DNA of 64,000 nucleotides from Nemertoderma westbladi (taxonomy: Eukaryota > Animalia > Xenacoelomorpha), in contig JAUCBJ010008939.1 of the NCBI GenBank assembly GCA_032718475.1, forward strand, positions 22,061-86,060, given 5' to 3'. A program made the translations under genes and the position numbers. Below the pieces are notes generated by a model that worked only from the letters and a program-made list of their open reading frames with translations, was not told the origin of the DNA and ran no database searches. Each line of letters starts with the position of its first letter. Position 1 is the first letter of the stretch. This document shows positions 1 through 10,323 of the stretch, one piece after another.

Positions 1-407
1 TTTTAGCCGCCGAGATATAGAAAATTCGCTTTCAGCAGCCTTTTTAGCCGCCGAGATATAGAAAATTCGCTTTCAGCGACCTTTTTAGCCGGCGAGATAT
101 AGAAAATTCGCTTTCAGCGGCCTTTTTAGCCGCCGAGATATAGAAAATTCGCTTTCAGCGGCCTTTTTAGCCGCCGAGATATAGAAAATTCGCTTTCAGC
201 GGCCTTTTTAGCCGCCGAGATATAGAAAATTCGCTTTCAGCGGCCTTTTTAGCCGCCGAGATATAGAAAATTCGCTTTCAGCGGCCTTTTTAGCCGCCGA
301 GATATAGAAAATTCGCTTTCAATTGCCTTTTTAGCCGCCGAGACGTATAAAATTCGCTTTCAGCGGCCTTTTTAGCCGCCGAGATATAGAAAATTCGCTT
401 TCAGCGT
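1..407. repeat. 41-bp tandem array, ~10 copies, truncated by the window start
   Basis: Unit TTTTAGCCGCCGAGATATAGAAAATTCGCTTTCAGCGGCCT recurs at 1, 42, 83 and onward with few substitutions and no spacers. Confidence 0.95.
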
Positions 408-512
408 CAGACCGATTTTGGTATGTTTTTGGCACTTTTTCTGCATCCCCTTCTGATGTGGCTGATTCAAAATAAGTTTCAACTCCATTGAATTGAAAAT
501 CCCTGTGTCATA

Positions 513-3111
513 CTAACTCCAAATTGCTCTTACTGCTTCAACGTTGGTTTTACTATGAGCTACAGTGACAATTCTATCTTTGTTCTTTTGTGGTGTTGTC
601 TTTGTTCTTCCAACTTTCACTAGCAATGGAGACAGCACTGTGAACAAATCACAATGCATTTCCTCAACTTCTTTCTGCAAGAAATAGCCATACACTGGTC
701 TTGCAGATTCACCATCCTTGTTCTGCAGGTATAATACATGACGCACTTTTCCTCTATAGTTCTGATTCCAAAATGCTATACATTGATATTCACCTTCTTC
801 CAATTCAAGCACTTTTTTCACACTGCTCTTTTGTTTTGCAGGATATTCAACTAAACACATGGACTTGGCCTTCTCATATTCACTTTCAACTTTCTTCAAT
901 ATTTCTTGTATATTTTGTTGTTTGCCTTCAATTGGGCTTCTCAATAATTTAATTGGATACCAAATAATTATCTGCTGCTGCTCATTATTGAACTCTTTGG
1001 GTGCTTGAATTTCAATTTCCAGCTCTCCATCAACCAAAAAATAAATTTATCTTGTTTTTTGTTCTTCTGCACTGTGAAAAACATCTCTCAATTCATCTAA
1101 AACACACTCCAAGCCTCGGTTAGAATATATCTTGGAAATTTCACCACCAATCGAAAGCAAAATTTCGTATCTTTGGTAGGGCCCAGTTGCTTGTCGAAAT
1201 CCAAGTACTGTTACTTTTAAAGGTTTCTTGCCATCCAGCTCACAAATTTTTTGTATGGGAGTGTGCTTCAATAGATGCAAAACATATTCCTTCTGTTCAT
1301 TTAACTGCTCTTTTCTTTTCTTGAACTCCAGCAACCTTTTGTGTATCAGGGCTACTTCTTCTCGATTTCTTGCATTTCTTTGCAGTGCCTCTTGTCTCCA
1401 TTTCTCACATTCTAAATAATCTAGAATATCAATGTTCCTCTGTGCTCTTTTCCACGTTGACAACCAAGATACCTGATGTGTTTGCAAGTATTCAGGCACA
1501 TCTTGTAGTTTCCATTGCATCTTTGCTGTTCCCAATGATTTGCAAGGCTCTTGTCTCCAAGTCCATTCTATGAAATCTGTTGATGGCAACATTTCTTTCA
1601 ATGGAATTCTTGCTTGAACTGACCTACACTGTGTTGGAAGTTTCGATGAACAAAGTATTGTTTTTGCAGTGGGGTCCTTGAAATAGCATTTCAGAGGTGC
1701 TATTTCTGTGCCCTTTTCAATTTCATTCTCATTTCTAATTTGGAAGCAGAATATAGGACAACCTCGAAATCCAACTTCTGAACAACTCCACAATATAGCC
1801 TTCTCCCATCTTCTCCCATCTTTCTCTCATCTTCTCCCATCTTTGTCTATTTTCTTGTATATCAAACTTACACTGCACTTTCAATCCAGAAACTTTCCCA
1901 GTTTTTGTGTGAGCATACCAAGCTACATAGATTGTTCCTGTGGTCTTAGAGGCAATGACACAACACCTTGTCAGCTCTTTTGCTAGAGCTAGCCAGTGAT
2001 TCCTCCCACTTTGCTGTACAAATAATCCCTCATATGGCTGTATGTTTTCTAATGCACTTCTCATCACTTCCGCACCAAGATCTCTAGATATGTAATTCAT
2101 AGAGTACAAGGATATCTCAACTCTTGTACATCCATATTGCTGGATCAATGGATGTTCGAAAGATTTCCGAAGAACCGGGTTCCTGGAATCAGCGTAGTCT
2201 GCCAAATGCCCTCCAAAATTCTCCAATACTTCTCCTGCTTCAAACTGGCAAACAATTTTGTTGTACAGCTTCACTCTCATTGTATTTCCGCCCCAAGATG
2301 TGATGTATGTCAACACATGATTTCCCACAGATGACGTATTTTCCAAAATCGTGGGCTGATCACCCTCCAATGCTGTTTGAAATGTCCCTTCCAACCTCCA
2401 ACCTTTTGTTTCCACTAGATGTTTGACTATTGCCTTCCTATCGAGGGTTCCAGCAAAGTCCTTTGTGTAGTCAACAGAGTATATTCCCCATCCACATGTC
2501 CGCAGTACTCTGCCAAATTCAGCCAAGTGCTCCTGCAGATCATCTAGGTTGATTACAGATACATCCAACTTTGCAACAAAGACAGCAACAGGTTCTTTTT
2601 GTTCCACGTTTTTCCAGTTTTTGATATATTTCTCATTCATCTCTCCTTCAATTTTATGCACTGTTTGCATTATCACACCATGAGATTGTAATGGTACAGA
2701 GGCTAATATTTTTGTGTGTATAAAGTCATCACAGTTCTTCCCGATTGTTTGTGTTGCCTCCCTCCTCAACTTCTCCACAATATACGAGGCAGACCCAAAC
2801 CTTCCAGTTGTTAACATGACAGAACTTTTGGTTCTCACAACTTGATCTTCTCGAAGATACCCATACACATAAAGATCGTCAACGAACATTTCCAATTCAG
2901 GCACCTCTTGAAGCAACATACTACCTCCATGGCCTGCTAGGTAATCTACTTTTGATATATCAGTCAAAAGATTAGACTCATAGGCATTCTCTAACAGTAG
3001 ATGCATGCAAGCTGACTTCGGGGTTCTCAATCCCATCTGTTCAAATGTCACGAACTGGGTAGTATCAATACTAGTTGGTTTATTTGTGTTTTCACATATA
3101 GTAGTAGCCAT
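513..3111 (-). pseudogene. Frameshifted ~850-aa gene: Rep_trans-like (rolling-circle initiator) domain plus possible C-terminal OB-fold-like segments
   Basis: ORFs 1735-3111, 1047-1793 and 513-1037 abut or overlap on one strand. The breaks coincide with a TTCTCCCATC micro-repeat (~1800-1842) and an A-run (~1036-1046). Motifs SVDYTKDF, RVKLYNK and TRVEISL match the order of RLDLAFD, RIYNK and WRVEIEL in pT181/pC221 RepC/RepD. Confidence 0.55.
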
Positions 3112-3452
3112 ACAAATTTTCTATTAGTTTTAATTTCTTAAATAAATCAATTTTTTTACATAATCTAACTTATAGCAGACAATAAATATATTGGACAGAA
3201 CATTTGGATTGGTACAACTCTACTCTGTATGAACTTCTAATCATATTGTGCTCATATAGAGTCAGAACATGTGAACTATTTTCAGAAAATATGAATCCAT
3301 CAATTTTTAAGCGAAAAATTAGGTGAAAATGATAATTTGTGATAAATCGGTGTAAAAAAGTAGTTGAAATTTTACTGTAGATTGACATTTTTTGTCAGTC
3401 TGGTAAGGAATTTGTTTGCATAATAGATCATTCTGGTTCATTGGTACATTTA

Positions 3453-4646
3453 TGTTCGCGCTTTTAGACCTTTAGCAGTTTAACCCGCTAATTTTTGGTG
3501 TCTTCTAGGTTATAAATCGACTTTAGCCTACAACAAGTATTTGTTGCATATAAGATATAAATTTACACTTGCCGAAGCCAGCCTGTGCGCGACCATTCAC
3601 CCACTGTTAAGGGAGACTGGATTCGGAGGCTCTGACCTTATTGCGGTGTAGACTTACTGTACTATTCGATTGATCGTTACTATATAATCTCTGACAAATA
3701 TTATCTACTTTCGGGAAATATTAACAGTTCCTTTGGGACGTGGCGCTCTAAGCATGTAAACAGAGTTATGACTTACACTAAACACAACGGGATGGCTATT
3801 GATTTTCGTATAAAGCGCATTCTTTAGGAAATGCTTTGTTATCTGACACACTCATGCACACTACTGCACAATGCTGCACACTGATCTGCCGACCGTCACT
3901 GAATTTGATCATATGTAAAGAGAATAGCAACCGACACATGTAGAGGCTATGAAATAGCATTCAATTCACTACAAACCACTATAATGTAAGTCGCAGTTGC
4001 TACCGGTAACCGGTCTCTCTAACCTTCAGTAATCAAGAAGATTGGGGTTTTATGATTATTTATCGATATTCTCCAAATATAACACATATCCATCAACTTC
4101 TAACAATTAATAACTGACAGTAAATAGCAGTAAAATAATGCGGTGAAAGTTGGGTAGGACGTAATGCATTGAGTTGACTGAACTGTACCGTGATAACAGT
4201 TATACGTTCCTATAATCAAAGCTGTCGAATGTTTGGCTAAAGTCTGAAACTAAGAATAATTCCAAAGCCGATGTTCTGGGCTCAGGAAAAAGGTAAACAA
4301 AAACCGTCATGCATTGCTCGATTTCCCGTAGGCTTCTGTGCAAATAAAGTGAAAATCGCTCTGATTGGTTGAGCCGAACAACGAACAAAGAGGGGTTCAG
4401 GTTCCACGTTGGCAGTAAATCAGCTGATAGATTTCGTCATCTAGTCCACACTGTAGTAAGAGTATTTTGGCGTATTGCGGCATAAAATGGCTTGTTATGT
4501 CCGCTAAAGTACACATACAGAAAAAATGGCTTTTTATGTCCACTGAAACACCGGTACAGTAAGAAAACGGCTTTTTATGTCCGTTAAAACATCTACAGAG
4601 TACTTTGCGGGGAAAATGACTAGCTATATCCGCAAAAGCCTTTACA
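3453..4646 (-). repeat. 3' LTR of BEL/Pao copy 1
   Basis: TGTTCGCG...GCCTTTACA. About 15 differences from 20354-21542 by eye. Confidence 0.96.
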
Positions 4647-4654
4647 CCGCTCCC
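4647..4654 (-). other. Short polypurine tract (GGGAGCGG) abutting the 3' LTR
   Basis: Purine-rich run directly before TGTAAAGG on the element strand. Identical in copy 2 at 48601-48608. Confidence 0.65.
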
Positions 4655-4724
4655 AGAAAATGGGATTTAATTCTAGAAAATATAAAAAATCACAGTTTCT
4701 AAAATATAAAAATACTCTAAACAG

Positions 4725-7700
4725 TTAGTCTTTCTTGCGCGGACGGCGTTTACGCAGTTTTTTGAGGCTAGCAAGAGTCCTTTTCTCTTTGGGGCGAGCC
4801 ACTTTACTAGGAGGGCTATAACTCCTGGGTGAAGGGTACAATACAATTGCATCGGAAGGTTTAGGATTACGGTCGGTGTATCCGCCGGTCGAGGTACCGG
4901 GTTGATCGATATCAACCTCAGTGGAGCGAGGTCGAACGGCCTTTAGAGCGCGTTTCAGGACAGCAGCTCTCACTGATCCCTGACTAGTCGTTGGTCTCTG
5001 ACGGGTTGTCTGAATGAGAGCAGTGGGTGGACCATGGGTAGTAAGAAACTTCCTCGGTTTAATGGTTCTTTCCAACTCACGTTCTCGGACTCGATATTCG
5101 TATGGCCGTCGATGCACTTCATGTAACTCTGGATGTGAGTTGATGAACAAATCACCATACTCTGGATCTTGACGGATAAAGTTGATCAAGTTATAGGAAT
5201 TAATATCGTTAGGATTAATGTTCCTGAGATATTTTCGAACAAATTTGGTTGAAATACACTCACCAACACGCTTCATTAGTTCGTAACTCAGTGTGCGTGA
5301 TTTTTGTTCAACAGACACGAATAGATAAGGATGGAACGCATAAACTCCTTCGTAGGCGCGTCCAGGGTAATAGCGATGGCGTGACTCACAATGTAAATCC
5401 GCATTCGCTTCCCAAGCTCAGATGTAGCGTAGGGTAATCATTTCATCTACGCTTTCCAGATCGCAGTTAAAAGGGCAATCAAAACTGGCATGTCCTTTAA
5501 GTTGACAATGATGGCATTGAGTCATAAATTGGGGGCAGACTGCGAAAATGTGCAAGTTATTGAGTCTGCAATACGCACAATAGATCTCCATCGCTGGTTG
5601 TTCATAGAAATAGGAGCAGGGTACGTCTAAGTCCATGGGGGTGAAATGATCTCTCGATGCGCATAATCGGCAACGTTTTCGAGAAACATAGTTTGCATGA
5701 CGATAGTCGTATGCGGTGAGACACTGTGGACCTTGATACCATTCCAAAACGTAGTTGTTGTCGCTGCTCCGGGGTGCAGTAGGCTGAATCTCCTCGGATT
5801 CTAAGCATATTGGTTCGTCCTCCAATCGCATAGCCGAGGTAGGTGTGGCTGTCTCCTCAAGCGAACCCGCTGTCTGAACTTCCACGATAGAATAACCCGT
5901 GGGGATTCGAGGTCTTTGTATAATAGAGGAATGTAAGTTCTGTATACAAACATCATGGAAAATGGCGAATCCAGCACTGTCTAACTTCTCAGCAGCTGAG
6001 TCTCTTAGGCTGAGCTTGGTCAGAGCGCGGTCCTTGAACTGACTATCAACGTTACGGAACGGAGTCAGAAAACGCCTGAAACATTCGAAGCGGATGAATT
6101 TATTGTGTTCATCTAACTTGGCAAGTTTGGTTCCAAGTATTAAGGGATGGGCGCGTATAGTACGACTGCACACATCGGCTAGCCAACCGGCAAGTGCGGC
6201 GTTTTCAAAGATCGTGTATATAGCTAAGGAGGGACGAAGTCGAACACTCATGAAGCTATACACGACACCAGGTGCGGTCAATGGTCCATCGAAGTATAAT
6301 CGAGAATAATGATCTCCATATACTTGTTGATAGTTGATAGGATTTCCGACCTTGAAATTCCATCCGTATTCTTGAAAGGCAAGATGTCCGATGGAGGTTC
6401 GTTGTACTTTAGTAATGCCGCTGGGTGTATTGGCATACGTAGTTCGGAAGAAACCTCGGCCTTCTGCCCAGGGAGCAATCAGCTGAGTATCTACGAAAGG
6501 ATATGGGATATTCTCCATGTTCCGAAAGTTGTTTTGGAGATCTCCATAAACAGCTGAGCCGTTCCACTCTTTAGTGGCGTTTTCTAGGGTCATTCCCACT
6601 GGATGCCACAAGGTGGCGCATTCGCTAGCGTTAGGTAGATCTCTATACTTCAAATACTGTGTAGTATATGTTTCTACATCTCCATATCGTTGTATTCTTT
6701 CCTCCTCGAATAACACGTCGAGATTCCAGTGGACTAATAGCGTTTTGATAAATCCATCGAGATTATATGGAGGTGTTACATCCTTCTCTATTCTGGAAAC
6801 ATTATAGGGTTTTCGGAATGAGTTTACTTTCACTAACTGATCCAGATGTTTCTGCAGTTGTTCGAGTTCGACGAGATCGAGAGGATTTATTAGTGGTAGA
6901 AACCTTAGACTATGTGTAGGATCTTCCGGTTTTACCGTGTAATATTGAGTTAGATTGACATAATAAGGGTGATCTTTGATCCCATAAAATGAGTTCGATA
7001 AAGGTCTAGCGCGTATGTTGACCTCGTGTACCATACGACGGACAAGATCCGCTCTATTGTCCGGAGGTTCAACGAGTATACCGTCGACACGAGCAGGTTC
7101 GATTGGTGGGCGTTGCAACATAGGAGCGTCAGCGATAAGATCTCGAGATCTTAGGTTGATATCAACGGGTTGAGGTTGTGCCGTAGCGAAGAGTTTGTCT
7201 CCGAAATGGGGAACCATCGAAGGATGAATGATGGTTTTAGAATAGAGATCAGTCATAAGGATTTGAGCTTCTGGCTGGGCTAAAGCTGCTTCTTCTCTCT
7301 CATCCATTTCTATATGTTTCTCCTCGAGCTGATTTTCCTCCGCTTGTCGTTGTAAGCGCTCGTCTAGGAACTCTTGTAAAGAATAGGTTCGTCCAAGTTC
7401 GATGTCTTCCTCGAGGTTCTGGATTTCTCGCTCAAACTGGGGTAAAGCTAATTCCTTCACCGCTTGGACTTGCTGCTGCAATTTGCGTTTCTCTAAACAA
7501 TCGTAAGTTCCCTTTCCAATCTTTTGCCGAATAGCATCTAGCGCGTTTCGTACAACGCTCTCCTCAACTTCTGTGACGGGTTGTATCGGGGTTAAACCGG
7601 GACGATTGTAAGGATTGAACGGTGATATTAAATGTCCGCATCCCAATCCAGTTAAGTAGGATGGGCGAATATCTAGAGAGCCCATTACCTGAGTGCCACC

Positions 7701-8669
7701 GATTAATTGTTCGGGTAACACTAAATCTTTGAACAGTGAGTATAGTTCGGGAGGATCCGTGATACTATTAGGATCAAGAGTTTGAGGTCTCACTGGGGAA
7801 TGAGGAGGTCTGACCGAGTATTCCGGAACTCTGATCATGGGTTTATTTAAGGATCGTTTGAGTCGAGCGAGCGTAGGGGATACGTCGAACAAGTTTCGCT
7901 CGAAACTCCCATAGGTATAACGAGTAAAACTGTGTTTAGCGCAACGTCTCCGCGGGTGTTTATGTGTTTCCGTTTGCTGGTTGGGTCGAGGGCATTCATC
8001 ACAGTAATACCACAGACGCACATCCTGCAGGGGAAACGCGGGTGATCGTTCTCCAGTTTTACAATATTCCTCCATCTGTTCGAAGCTATCCGGGACAACA
8101 GGTAGCGGTTGATCGGCGGTAAGATACATCATAGTGAAATAGAGCCGTTTGAGTTCTACCATGGGGTCATGATGTATACCTTGAGGATATCGAGTTTCTA
8201 GATTTTGTTGACTGGCTATATTGAGATATGTTTCTCTCAAGAATTCCAGATAATCGTTGAAGTCGCTGCGTTTATCCGGCTCTTCAACATCTTCTTTTTC
8301 GAGTCGGTTTCGAATAGAGTTCTCGTGTTCGATTCTCGGTTTATCGTTCCGACTCCGCTGGGTATGATATTTAAATAAAACCATTTCCCTTTCTGTGTCC
8401 ACATCGTCCGTATCGTGTAAATCGATAGGATGGCCAGTAGTTAAGAAGTCCATATATGTACCATTACGATGTGTGTAGCGAGCGGTGAATTTTCTATAGT
8501 CCAATTCACGCGTGAGTTGCGCTTGGGACATTGGCGGTTCGATATAACGACCATCGTCCTCCGTAGTAGTTGGACCAGCATCGCCGCGTATTAAGCTATC
8601 AACAAACGCTTGTAACGGTAGGGTATATCGTTCCCTGATACCAATGTCATCTTCTATTAATTCCGTCAT
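4725..8669 (-). CDS. Accessory ORF of unknown function (~1314 codons, one in-frame TGA at 5418-5420): Cys/His zinc-binding motifs and a basic C-terminus
   Basis: The 1083-aa and 197-aa ORFs share a frame and the 99 bp between them is open (AWEANADLHCESRHRYYPGRAYEGVYAFHPYLF). Motifs CDEC..H..C..H, CRLC...H...C, CAYC...H....C and CHHCQLKGHASFDC. Ends KKLRKRRPRKKD. Homologous sequence is present in copy 2. Confidence 0.85.
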
Positions 8670-10323
8670 AGCTGCTATACGAGTTTATCAATGTTATAAT
8701 GAGTTATAATTAGGCTAGCAAGCGTCGCCGCCTACCCCTCTCGGCCCCCGGACAGTGCAAGATCCTCAGCGCCGATATACCGTCGTTGCTGTGTTTTTCG
8801 CCAACGTAGTAGCTACACAACGACAATGATAACCGGCACGAGTCACTCCACTGTCCGTCCCAAGGGCGTAGATTTACTTCAGGTTCTTACTGCAGAGGTA
8901 GGGCTACTTTCACAACTGCGACTAGCTACTGTAAACACACTTTAGTAGCAACATTCACCTATAAACGCACAAATTCCACACAACTGTCACAAATTGTACA
9001 CATTCAGGCCATTTGTCCGTTAGTCAAGTGCCTTCCAGAATGCCACGTAGTTATTATGTATCCTTGGATACTATCCGTGTGCTATTTATTCCCTATACTA
9101 TTCAATGGGGCAAGCTTTCTATTGTTCTTTTAACTCACTTCTAATTCTAGCGTGGTTGTTGCTATGGTGACATTATGGATAGCTAGCGGTAGAATTAGGG
9201 TAATTCTCATGCATACAGATCTGGGATGCTATTTAATAGTAATTCTTTAATTGTCAATATTCCCCTTTATATATGATTTTATGAATTTTATCGGCTATTG
9301 ACTATATATTGGAGATTTTCGCACACTAATACACTTAATAGGGTGAATCTCCGCTCCCATGATCTATTAATTAATGGAATTTTGGGAATGTTAAAAATTG
9401 TGTAAAAATGACAATTTATTAAATTCATGAGAGGATATGAATTTAAATTTATTCCCGCAAATTTTATTATTTAATATTAAAATAGACACAATTTTATTCC
9501 AGAACATGTCTGGGGACTAGGATCCTTAATTTTATGAATTTTGTCATTTTAAGAGTATCGGTAAGTGCTACGATATCTTAATTGACTATAATTTCAAAAG
9601 ATCTAAATTTTGACAGATTTTGATTTATAGATTTTTACAAATATTAATTATATAATATTTAAGATGGGCACCGATTTATTCCAGAACTTGTCTGGGGACG
9701 TTAACCACTGATTCTAAATTTTGTCTTTCAAGTATATTGGTGGGTGCCGCGATATCTTAATCGACTAGAATTACAGATGGTCAAAGGGTTTAACAGATTT
9801 ATTTTGCGTTGTACGCTACTGTTAAAGGGACATCACGCTACTATATGTATTATTTAATATACGGTATGAGAGCAATATCGCACGAAGCAATGTCAGTGAG
9901 AAGAGGCAAGTCGTTTCCAAGGTCTACCCAGAGCTTGGTTTAGCCGAGACACGAGGATCTGAACTTTGCATTCCTAATACTCTGCCTACCAATAATACTT
10001 GAATATAGTAGGAGCTTTATTGTACTTTAATAAGTACGGACATTTCATCTTACTGTAGTCACGTATTTATAATATGATACGGACAGTAAGGAAAGAGAAA
10101 AATAATTATTTCTCGCCGTCGCACTAAATATATATATTATGAGTAATTAAGTAATAAGACTAATATATATATGGCACTAGTCTACTAAATAATCGCTAAA
10201 AATAACATTCTACTAAATAAAACTAAAGAAAACGATTATAATAATAAAATTACGTAATAATACATACATAAATATAAAAATAAAATATAAAATAATATAG
10301 TCACACACCCACTCCAGACGCTG

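Noticed and set aside
1-407. CRISPR-like array (also considered for 30399-30926 and 40231-40934)
   Set aside because: Units are contiguous with no unique spacers, there are no cas genes, and the context is eukaryotic.
4200-4388. Small ORFs inside the LTRs (also 21097-21303 and 48112-48372)
   Set aside because: The frames differ between the two near-identical LTRs and are not conserved in copy 2.
5418-8669. Envelope gene
   Set aside because: No signal peptide or hydrophobic transmembrane stretch is visible; it has zinc knuckles and a basic tail instead.
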